From: Armatimonadota bacterium
GTDB taxonomy: Bacteria > Sysuimicrobiota > Sysuimicrobiia > Sysuimicrobiales > Humicultoraceae
Reading direction: 5' to 3'
DNA: 15,701 nt
NCBI GenBank assembly: GCA_052386995.1
Contig: JBQTJP010000199.1
Span: 1 to 15,701, forward strand
The position numbers and the translations under genes were made by a program. Shown piece after piece: positions 6,888 to 14,248 of the stretch. Within the stretch, counting starts at the first letter, position 1; each line of letters opens with the position of its first letter. Below the pieces are notes generated by a model that ran no database searches, was not told the DNA's origin, and saw only the letters and a program-made list of their open reading frames with translations.

Positions 6888-7649
6888 TCATGACCGGCGC
6901 AGCCGCTCGCGCAGCGCAAGGAAGAACAGCGGCGGGATCGTGCGGATGACGCCCCATCGCCGGGGCTCGCGCAGGGCGCGGTAAAGCCACTCGAGGCCCA
7001 GGCGCTGCATCCAGCGCGGAGCCCGCGGCACGCGCCCCGCCACGACATCGAATGAGCCGCCCACGCCAATCGAGACGGGGACGCCGAGGTCACGACGCCA
7101 CCGGCACATCCACAGCTCCTGGCGAGGCGCGCCGAATGCCACCATCAACACGTCCGGGCGGGTGTGCCTGATGGCGGCGATGACCGCGGAGTCGTCTTCG
7201 GGTCGAAAGAATCCGTGATGCGCGCCGACGATCTGAAGGCCGGGGAAGCGCTGCCGCAGGACCTCCGCCGTCGCCTCGGCCACGCCGGGCGCGCCGCCGA
7301 GCAGGTAGATCCGATACCCGGCCGACGCCGCCCGCGCGCAGACCGCCAAGGTGAGATCAATCCCGGCGACCCGCTCGATCACATCGACGCCGAGAATGCG
7401 GGCGGCCAGGATCACGCCGATGCCGTCCGCCGTCACCAAGCCGGCCTGGTTCACGACCTCGCGCAGCGCGTGATCGCGCGCGGTCTGCACCAGCATCGCG
7501 CCGTTGAGCGTCACTACGTAGCCGACGCTGCCCGAGGCGATGGACCGATCCACCCATTCCAGCGCCTCGGAGAGGCTCACGGCATGCACCGTGGTGCCGA
7601 GCAACTCACGGCGGGCCGGCACGGCGGCAAGCGGCTCGCGCACGCTCAC
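6888..7649 (-). CDS. WecB/TagA/CpsF-family glycosyltransferase (N-acetylmannosaminyltransferase-like)
   Basis: VVTLN, ADGIGV, ERVAGIDL, YLLGG, HHGFF, FGAPRQE, GVGGSFDV, RAP and LEWLYR motifs. GTG overlaps the glmM stop (GTGA). Confidence 0.93.
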   Translation of the reverse strand: MSVREPLAAVPARRELLGTTVHAVSLSEALEWVDRSIASGSVGYVVTLNGAMLVQTARDHALREVVNQAGLVTADGIGVILAARILGVDVIERVAGIDLTLAVCARAASAGYRIYLLGGAPGVAEATAEVLRQRFPGLQIVGAHHGFFRPEDDSAVIAAIRHTRPDVLMVAFGAPRQELWMCRWRRDLGVPVSIGVGGSFDVVAGRVPRAPRWMQRLGLEWLYRALREPRRWGVIRTIPPLFFLALRERLRRS

Positions 7650-8983
7650 GCGCTGACCCCGTAGTGCCGGGAGATGACCGCGGCAACCTCGGCCGCGACG
7701 CCCTCGGCCTCGCTCTGGTGCTCGGCTTCCACCATCACCCGTATGAGCGGTTCCGTGCCGGACGGGCGCACCAGGATCCGCCCCCGCGATGCCAGCCGCG
7801 CCGCCGCGGCCGCAACCGCCCGTGCCACCGGCGGGGCCTCTGCCACCCCGTCACGCTCGCGCACCCTCACGTTGACCAGCACCTGAGGGTAGCGCGGGAT
7901 GGCGCGGCGCAGCTCGGACAGTCGGCGTCCCGTGCGGATCATGACGTTGGTCACCTCGATGGCGGTCACGAGGCCATCACCGGTCGTGGCGCGATCGAGA
8001 AAGATGAGGTGCCCGCTCTGCTCGCCGCCCAGGGTCGCGCCGAGCTCGCGCATCCGCTCCAGCACGTACCGGTCGCCGACTTTTGCCCGCTCGAGACGAA
8101 TGCCGGCGCGCTTGAGGACCTCCTCGAGCCCGACGTTGCTCATGACCGTCGCGACCACGGTCGCCCCCGTGAGGCATCCGCGAGCGTGACGGTCCAGCGC
8201 TGTGATGCCCATCAGCGCGTCGCCATCGACGTCCTCCCCCCGGTCGTCAACGGCGAGCACGCGGTCGGCATCGCCGTCGTGGGCGAATCCCAGATCGGCA
8301 CTGTGGGCGGCGACGGCGCGGCGCAGCGGCTCCAGATGCGTCGAGCCACAGCCGACGTTGATCCGTGTTCCATCAGGCTGGTCGTGCAGCGGGATTACCG
8401 TCGCGCCCAGTGCCGCCCACAGGCGCGGCGCTACTCGGTAGGCGGCCCCGTAGGCGCAGTCTACGACGATGCGCAGGCCGCTCAGGCGGCCGGCCGACAG
8501 CTCCAGCAGGGAGGTCAGGTACCTGTCCTCGGCCTCGGGAGCCGCGTGGATTCCGGCGAGGGCGGCCCCGGTCGGCCTGATCGGCGAAGGGTGATCGATG
8601 AGTGCCTCGATTGCGTCCTCTACCGCATCGGGCAGCTTGAACCCATCCGGTCCGAAGAGTTTGATGCCGTTGTCCTCGACAGGGTTGTGAGACGCCGAGA
8701 TCACTACCCCGCACGCGGCCGCGCGCTGCCTTGTCAGAAACGCAATGGCGGGGGTCGGCAGAATCCCGCCGAGCTCCACCGGCGCTCCGACCGAGCAGAG
8801 GCCGGCGGCGAGGGCGGCTTCGAGCATGGGGCCGGAGATCCGCGTGTCGCGGCCGATGAAGAACGGGGCTCCCGATGCACCGAGCGTGGCGCCGGCGGCA
8901 CGCCCGACCAGCGTGGCGAGTTCGGGAGTCAGATCGGCGTTCGCCACGCCGCGGATGCCGTCGGTGCCGAAGAGGCGTCCCAC
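7646..8983 (-). CDS. glmM: Phosphoglucosamine mutase
   Basis: LFGTDGIRG, GRDTRISG, phosphoserine motif VISASHNP, DGDADR, GGEQSGH and RPSGTEP; cdaA-cdaR-glmM context. Confidence 0.97.
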   Translation of the reverse strand: MGRLFGTDGIRGVANADLTPELATLVGRAAGATLGASGAPFFIGRDTRISGPMLEAALAAGLCSVGAPVELGGILPTPAIAFLTRQRAAACGVVISASHNPVEDNGIKLFGPDGFKLPDAVEDAIEALIDHPSPIRPTGAALAGIHAAPEAEDRYLTSLLELSAGRLSGLRIVVDCAYGAAYRVAPRLWAALGATVIPLHDQPDGTRINVGCGSTHLEPLRRAVAAHSADLGFAHDGDADRVLAVDDRGEDVDGDALMGITALDRHARGCLTGATVVATVMSNVGLEEVLKRAGIRLERAKVGDRYVLERMRELGATLGGEQSGHLIFLDRATTGDGLVTAIEVTNVMIRTGRRLSELRRAIPRYPQVLVNVRVRERDGVAEAPPVARAVAAAAARLASRGRILVRPSGTEPLIRVMVEAEHQSEAEGVAAEVAAVISRHYGVSA

Positions 8984-8988
8984 GCAGC

Positions 8989-9393
8989 CTACGGCGGCCG
9001 CACGACGGTCACGTACACGGCCGGAGGAATGGCACGTACCGCCGTCACGCCGGCGGGGACTTGAATCCGAAGGGTGATCTGATGTGCGCCGGGATCGAGC
9101 TCGCCGATCTCGGCAACCGCTCGCACGTCCGAGGCGCGCGACGCGAGCAGCGCCGCGGGGCCGGGGCCGCGCATCTCAACATCGACCGATCGGGGCGAGG
9201 CAATAGCGGTCCAGCCCTGGTGAAGTCCCACGAACCTCACTTCCACATTGCGGACCAGCAGCGAGGTCGCGGCGGACCGGTTCTCCGGATTCAACACGGT
9301 GCCGACGTAATACCACATCGTCAGGGCAATCAGGAGCGCCAGCAAAAACAACTGGGCGCGCTCGGACAAGACACGGGAGAGCCATGCCTTCAT
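8989..9393 (-). CDS. cdaR: Short CdaR/YbbR-like membrane-anchored regulator (apparently one YbbR domain)
   Basis: N-terminal TM ending ALLIALTMWYYV, then a beta-rich domain (P.SVDVEMRGP...A.DVRA.AEI.EL.PG.H.I.L.I..P.GV....P..V.VTV). Lies between cdaA and glmM; ATG overlaps the cdaA stop (ATGA). 134 aa. Confidence 0.82.
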   Translation of the reverse strand: MKAWLSRVLSERAQLFLLALLIALTMWYYVGTVLNPENRSAATSLLVRNVEVRFVGLHQGWTAIASPRSVDVEMRGPGPAALLASRASDVRAVAEIGELDPGAHQITLRIQVPAGVTAVRAIPPAVYVTVVRPP

Positions 9394-10199
9394 GGCTGTG
9401 GCTGCGTCCGCCGCCACGGCCACAGATTATGTCCCCGCGATCCCCCCTGGGCGATCAGGGCCAGCAGCATGACCTTCAATTCTTCTTCGGACAACCCCCG
9501 CGCCAGCTGGCCGTCGCGGGCGACTGAGATCGCGCCGGTCTCCTCTGAGACCACAACCGCTACCGCATCGGTGGCCCCCTCGGTGATGCCGAGCGCGGCA
9601 CGGTGCCGCGTCCCCAGCGTCTTGCTCAGGTTGGGATTCTCCGAGAGCGGCAGCAGACACCCCGCCGCCATCAGCCGGTTTCCCCGGATGACTACGGCGC
9701 CGTCGTGAAGCGGCGTGTTCGGGAAGAACGTCGTGATCAGCAGCTGCACGGTGACCACGGCGTCCAGTTTGATGCCGGACTCGATGACATCGTTGAGGCC
9801 GGTGCGACGCTCCAGCACGATCAACGCACCGATTTTTCGGCTCGAGAGCACGCGGCAGGCGCGCGCGACGTCATTGACGAGCCGGATGGTCGCCTCCCGA
9901 TCGAGCCCGGCTCCCAGGCCAGAGACGAAGACGCCGCCCCGCCCGAGCTGCTCGAGCATGCGGCGGAGCTCAGGCTGGAAGATCACCAGCAGCGCGATCG
10001 GGATGACGACGCCCATGTACGACAGGACGAACTGCAGTGTGTTGAGCCGGAGGATCCGGGCGGCCGTGTAGACGCCGAAGAGCACGGCGAGGCCCGAAGC
10101 CAGTTGCACGGCGCGGGTCCCACGCACCAGCAGGAGCACCTGGTAGATCAATGCTGTGACGAGCGCGATGTCGATGAGGTCGATGAGCCAGTGTGGCAT
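9390..10199 (-). CDS. cdaA: Diadenylate cyclase CdaA/DacA
   Basis: Three N-terminal hydrophobic segments, VIFQPELRRMLEQLG, and DAC motifs TPLHDGA and GTRHRAA, VSEETG. Confidence 0.96.
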   Translation of the reverse strand: MPHWLIDLIDIALVTALIYQVLLLVRGTRAVQLASGLAVLFGVYTAARILRLNTLQFVLSYMGVVIPIALLVIFQPELRRMLEQLGRGGVFVSGLGAGLDREATIRLVNDVARACRVLSSRKIGALIVLERRTGLNDVIESGIKLDAVVTVQLLITTFFPNTPLHDGAVVIRGNRLMAAGCLLPLSENPNLSKTLGTRHRAALGITEGATDAVAVVVSEETGAISVARDGQLARGLSEEELKVMLLALIAQGGSRGHNLWPWRRTQPQP

Positions 10200-10212
10200 G
10201 GGGCCGTGGCGC

Positions 10213-11139
10213 CTACAGGATCATGGCCAGCAGCGCTTTCTGCGCGTGCAGGCGATTCTCGGCCTGATCGTATACGATCGACTGCGGACCGTCGAGGACG
10301 TCGTCGGTGATCTCCTCCCCACGGTGGGCCGGGAGGCAGTGCATCACCACCGCGGTTGGCTTGGCGAGCGCCAGGAGCCCAGCGTTGACCTGATAGGGGC
10401 GGAAGATGCGGGCGCGCTCTTCGCGCTCGCCCTCCTGCCCCATGCTCGCCCACACGTCCGTATAGATCACGTCCGCACCTCTGAGGGCCTCCTGCGGATC
10501 GGCCATCAGCGTCACGCTCGCGCCCGTCGCGGCCGCGATCTCGCGGGCGCGCGCGACGATGCGTTCCGCGGGCGCATAGCCCCTGGGGGTCGCCGCTGTA
10601 ATACTCATGCCCAGTTTGGCCGCGCCGAGCACCAGCGAGTGGAAGACGTTGTTCGCGTCGCCCACCCACGCCAGCCGGACGCCCGCGACGTTGGGGAATC
10701 GTTCGCCGATGGTCATGAGGTCGCCCAGGCCCTGACAGGGGTGCTCCAGGTCGGACAGACCGTTGATCACCGGGCAGCGCGCGGCCGCGGCCAGCTCGAT
10801 GACGGTGGCATGCGCGAAGGTCCGGGCCATAATCCCATCGGTCATCCGTTCCAAATTACGGGCGGCATCCGCGGTCGACTCGCGCACGCCGATCTGGATA
10901 TCCTGGACGCCGAGGTAGACCGCGTACCCGCCCAGCTGCGACATCCCGACTTCAAAGGAGACGCGCGTGCGCAGCGAGGGCTTCTCGAAGACCATGGCGA
11001 GGGTCTTGCCGGCGAGAAGCGGCGGTCGATCCCCGGCGAGCATGCGCGCCTTGAGCTCGCGGGCGAAGCCGAGGACCAGACGCAGTTCATCCGGCGTCAG
11101 GTCGTCGATCGAGAGATAGTCTCGTCCACGCAGCGTCAC
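10213..11139 (-). CDS. argF: Ornithine carbamoyltransferase
   Basis: FEKPSLRTRVSF (carbamoyl-phosphate site), HPCQ, DVWASMGQE, HCLPAHRGEE and QAENRLH. Start placed at GTG 11139 by family length (308 aa); the start is uncertain. Confidence 0.93.
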   Translation of the reverse strand: MTLRGRDYLSIDDLTPDELRLVLGFARELKARMLAGDRPPLLAGKTLAMVFEKPSLRTRVSFEVGMSQLGGYAVYLGVQDIQIGVRESTADAARNLERMTDGIMARTFAHATVIELAAAARCPVINGLSDLEHPCQGLGDLMTIGERFPNVAGVRLAWVGDANNVFHSLVLGAAKLGMSITAATPRGYAPAERIVARAREIAAATGASVTLMADPQEALRGADVIYTDVWASMGQEGEREERARIFRPYQVNAGLLALAKPTAVVMHCLPAHRGEEITDDVLDGPQSIVYDQAENRLHAQKALLAMIL

Positions 11140-11185
11140 GCGGGCACCCGTCGCGAAGCAGGCTACGCCACATGATACTACACGA

Positions 11186-11293
11186 GGCCCGGCCACGGCG
11201 CCTTCCCTGAGCGGACGCGTGGCGAGGCCAACCTTGACGAAATTTGGTGGAGGCTGAGCCTTCGGGAGCGAAGGGGAGCGCTGTGGCCGGTCC
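11186..11293. other. Long intergenic stem-loop between rpsI and argF
   Basis: 11189-11201 pairs with 11278-11290 and 11203-11208 with 11272-11277 (19 bp, two G-U on the + strand, one bulge), enclosing ~63 nt with smaller hairpins. Confidence 0.5.
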
Positions 11294-11294
11294 G

Positions 11295-11693
11295 CTAGCG
11301 CTTGCTGTACTGAAACCCTTTGCGCGCGCGCTTGTGGCCGTACTTCTTGCGCTCTTTCTCGCGGGGGTCACGCGTGAGGAAACCGCCCTTGCGGAGAGGC
11401 GGTCGCAGCTCGCTGTCGGCGGCGACGAGCGCGCGCGCGATGCCATGCCGCACGGCTCCCGCCTGGCCCGAGACCCCGCCGCCCGCAACGCTGGCGATCA
11501 CGTCGAACCGCGCCTCGACTCCCGCCGCTACCAGAGGCTGCCGGATTGTGGTCTGCGTGGGCGCGGACGTGAAGTAGGACTCCAGGGGCTTTCCGTTCAC
11601 CGTGATCTTGCCGGCCCCGGCAATCAGCCGAACGCGGGCGACGGCTTCCTTGCGGCTGCCGGATGTCATCACCAGGACCTCTGTTGCGGACAC
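11295..11693 (-). CDS. rpsI: 30S ribosomal protein S9
   Basis: GSRKEAVARVRL, GGGVSGQAGAVRHGIARAL and LTRDPREKERKKYG...QYSKR; GGAGG RBS; GTG start. Confidence 0.99.
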   Translation of the reverse strand: MSATEVLVMTSGSRKEAVARVRLIAGAGKITVNGKPLESYFTSAPTQTTIRQPLVAAGVEARFDVIASVAGGGVSGQAGAVRHGIARALVAADSELRPPLRKGGFLTRDPREKERKKYGHKRARKGFQYSKR

Positions 11694-11707
11694 GGTGCGT
11701 CCTCCGA

Positions 11708-12142
11708 TCAGTCGGCGACCGCGAGCGGCGCCGGCTTCTGAGCCTCATGGCGGTGCGTTGCACCGCGGTACACCTTGAGCTTCTTGAGCAGCTTCCGTCC
11801 CTGCCGCGTCTTGGGCAGCATGCCGCGGACCGCTTCGGTGATCGCGCGCTCGGGGTGCGTGCGCAACAGGACCTGGTAGGTGATCTCTCTGAAGCCGCCG
11901 GGATAGCCCGAATGCCGGTACTGCCGCTTCTGCAGGAGCTTCCGGCCGGTCAGGCGCACCGACGCGGCGTTGACGACAACAACGAAATCGCCGACATCGG
12001 CGTGCGGCACGAACTGCGCCTTGTGCTTGCCCCGCAGCAGAGTGGCGACACGCGAGGCCAAGCGTCCCAGCACCTTGCCGTCGGCGTCGACCAGGTGCCA
12101 GCGTCGCTCGATCTCATTGACCTTCGGCATGTACGTCTTCAT
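11708..12142 (-). CDS. rplM: 50S ribosomal protein L13
   Basis: MKTY...WHLVDA...[36 protein letters not shown] and H.HEAQKP. Confidence 0.99.
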   Translation of the reverse strand: MKTYMPKVNEIERRWHLVDADGKVLGRLASRVATLLRGKHKAQFVPHADVGDFVVVVNAASVRLTGRKLLQKRQYRHSGYPGGFREITYQVLLRTHPERAITEAVRGMLPKTRQGRKLLKKLKVYRGATHRHEAQKPAPLAVAD

Positions 12143-12153
12143 GAGACCGGCCT

Positions 12154-12183
12154 AGTCTAATATGCAGGGCGATGGGGTGTCAA
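12154..12183 (-). promoter_or_regulatory. sigma70/sigmaA promoter of rplM-rpsI
   Basis: Perfect TTGACA (12183-12178) - 18 bp - TAGACT (12159-12154), ending 11 nt before the rplM ATG. Confidence 0.7.
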
Positions 12184-12260
12184 TGGCGCTGGAAGTCAAG
12201 TGTCCTGGAAGTCAAGGAGTCCGGGAGTCAAACCCGAATACCGCTGTGCACGAATACCGC
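12179..12260. repeat. 16-bp-period direct repeats in the rplM/pilin divergent intergenic region
   Basis: GTCAA at 12179, 12195, 12211 and 12227; CTGGAAGTCAAG exact at 12189 and 12205, degenerate at 12221; CGAATACCGC exact at 12235 and 12251. Confidence 0.75.
12215..12239 (+). promoter_or_regulatory. Putative sigmaH-type promoter for the pilin genes
   Basis: AGGA (12215-12218) - 17 bp - GAAT (12236-12239), matching the Bacillus sigmaH consensus, 22 nt before ATG 12262. Confidence 0.45.
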
Positions 12261-12261
12261 A

Positions 12262-12798
12262 ATGAAGCCCATGCGACGCTCTCAGCGCGGCTACACCCTG
12301 ATGGAGATCGTGGTGACTCTGGCGCTTGCCGGGATCGTCGTCGCGCTGGTGGGGTCGCTGTTTGTCTTCAGCCTGGGGGCCTGGCGGCGCGGCCAGGACG
12401 TGCGCGAGGCCCAGGTCCAGGCCTCGACCCTCGTGGATATCGTCGCACGCGACGTCCGCAGCGCCAGCCAGGCGCCCAGCGTCACCATCCGTCCCAGGAT
12501 CGAGATCGCAGACGGTGAACCCGTCCTGTCGATCGCGTCCGCTACGCCGGCCGATCCATCCGCGGAAGCGTCATGGATCGTCTATGTGTTCCGGCAGGAA
12601 CGGGGAGACGTGATCCGACAGGTCGTCATCCCCGAGGAGGGCGGTCGGGTGACGCCGCGCGAGGGCCGGGTCGTGGCGACGGGCGTGGTGAAGATCGAAG
12701 CCGTGCAGGTTGCCAACGGCGTTACCATCGTGGTCGAAACCAAGCGGGGCCGGGCCACCGCACAGGCGCGCGCTACGGCCGCGCCCCGAAATCCGTGA
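12262..12798 (+). CDS. Prepilin-type N-terminal cleavage/methylation protein (minor pilin, PilW/PulJ-like)
   Basis: Basic leader MKPMRRSQRG|YTLMEIVVTLALAGIVVALV: class III signal peptide with Gly-1, Glu+5 and a hydrophobic helix; later IVARDVRSA resembles the PilW/PulJ 'D(I/L)R.A' segment. Start 12262 or 12271. Confidence 0.88.
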   Translation: MKPMRRSQRGYTLMEIVVTLALAGIVVALVGSLFVFSLGAWRRGQDVREAQVQASTLVDIVARDVRSASQAPSVTIRPRIEIADGEPVLSIASATPADPSAEASWIVYVFRQERGDVIRQVVIPEEGGRVTPREGRVVATGVVKIEAVQVANGVTIVVETKRGRATAQARATAAPRNP

Positions 12799-14246
12799 CG
12801 GCGCCGGCGCGCATTCGCCCGGCGGCATCTGCGCCTGCGGATCGGGGCGCGCCCGGCACGCGGGGCGCCGTGCTCCTCATCGTGATCGTGATGATGCTCG
12901 CGATCACGTTATCGTCAGGAGCGTTCATCTGGTTCATGAACCAGCAGCAGACCCGCGCGGGGAGCCGCTATCGCTCGGCGGCGGCGGTCGCCGCCGCCGA
13001 GGCGGGCGTGCACCGGGCGATGGCGATCCTCGAATCGGCGAGCCCGGACGGCAAGATGCCGGGACGGCTGTGGCGGCCGTCGGGACACACCGAAACCTAC
13101 CAGGCCGGACGGCTGGAGGGTCAGTTCACGATCTCGATCCAGGAAGAGCGCGACGGCGCCCTGCTGATCACCAGCGCTGGCGAGGTCGGCGGGGTGACCC
13201 GGCGGCTACGCGCGCGTGTGTATCTGGCGTCGCCGGCGCTCCTGGCGGCGCTGCACGGCGTGAGCATCGTACGCTTCGAGCAGCCGCCGGCCGCGGCTTT
13301 CATCCTTCCCTACGGCGCGCGCATCGGCGACCGACCGTGGGTCCACATCGCGGCGGCGCAAGCCATCTGGTTTGGAACCAGCGAGGTCTCGATCAACGAT
13401 CCGTCCCTGCGCCTGGAGGCCGCACCGGGTCCGGTGGACGGACCCGCCGGACTCAGCGGTCCGGCCCCGCTGCCGCGGCCCGGCCCCGTGCGCCTCCTCC
13501 TCGCCTCCGGGGCGGAGCTGCTCGTCGGCGAGAGGCGCCTGCGGTTGGATATCGAGCAGCTGCGCGGCATGGGCATTCACGTCGAAGGGACGGTGCTGCG
13601 AACCGAGACGCTGCCTCCACCGCCCGAGGTCGACCGCATCCTGTATAGGGAAAGGGCCGCCGCCAATATCTCCAACGCCGCGCTTCACAAGGCCGCGGGC
13701 GAGTTCCTGGGTGACCTGGCCCTGGCCCGCAAGCGCGACAGCGTGTACACTCCCGGCGAATTCAGGCAACTGCAGACGTATTTTCGGGCAGGACGTCGCC
13801 AGCGAAAGCTCTCCGGGATCGTCTATATCAGCGGCGGTCTGGCGCTCACCGACGGAGAGCGAATTGACATCGACGGCGGCTCGCTCGTCACGGAAGGAAC
13901 GGTGTCGCTGCGGGGGGGCGCCACGCTCGAGATCACCCATGCCGCCCCGACACGCTCGCTGCCCGGCCTGATCGTGCTGGACGCCGGCGCGCTCGTCATC
14001 ACACAGGATGCCTACCTGCGCGCCCACGGCTTAGTGTATATCAACCGCGTCGTAGACCTCGGCCCCGGCGCCCGCATGGATATCGTCGGCGCTCTACTCG
14101 GCGGCGATCGGGGCCTCTCTTTCCGCAATGTCGCCGCCACGGTGGTGATTCGCTATGACCCGGCCGTGTTGGGCACGCCCGGGCTGCGGGTGGCAAGTGA
14201 CGGGCCGGCCGTGGCGTGGGTAGCGGCCTGGGAGGAGTTGCCGTAA
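12795..14246 (+). CDS. PilX/GspK-like large minor pilin
   Basis: GTG overlapping the upstream TGA; TRG|AVLLIVIVMMLAI (no Glu+5, typical of PilX/GspK), A..AAEAGV..A motif, ITSAGEVGG..RRL, and a beta-rich C-terminus ending IRYDP. 483 aa. Confidence 0.8.
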   Translation: MTAPARIRPAASAPADRGAPGTRGAVLLIVIVMMLAITLSSGAFIWFMNQQQTRAGSRYRSAAAVAAAEAGVHRAMAILESASPDGKMPGRLWRPSGHTETYQAGRLEGQFTISIQEERDGALLITSAGEVGGVTRRLRARVYLASPALLAALHGVSIVRFEQPPAAAFILPYGARIGDRPWVHIAAAQAIWFGTSEVSINDPSLRLEAAPGPVDGPAGLSGPAPLPRPGPVRLLLASGAELLVGERRLRLDIEQLRGMGIHVEGTVLRTETLPPPPEVDRILYRERAAANISNAALHKAAGEFLGDLALARKRDSVYTPGEFRQLQTYFRAGRRQRKLSGIVYISGGLALTDGERIDIDGGSLVTEGTVSLRGGATLEITHAAPTRSLPGLIVLDAGALVITQDAYLRAHGLVYINRVVDLGPGARMDIVGALLGGDRGLSFRNVAATVVIRYDPAVLGTPGLRVASDGPAVAWVAAWEELP

Positions 14247-14248
14247 GA

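Noticed and set aside
871..11175. Long + strand ORFs (871-2187, 2016-3935, 4587-5849, 7664-9064, 9603-10310, 10156-11175)
   Set aside because: They lie antisense to well-identified genes and have no recognisable motifs; typical shadow ORFs of GC-rich DNA.
12179..12260. CRISPR array or CtsR box
   Set aside because: The units are too short and lack spacers for CRISPR; CtsR heptads repeat every 10 bp, not 16.
12172..12794. Upstream starts at 12172 (pilin) and 12573 (PilX-like) given by the ORF track
   Set aside because: Class III signal peptides must lie near the N-terminus; ATG 12262/12271 and the overlapping GTG 12795 fit better.
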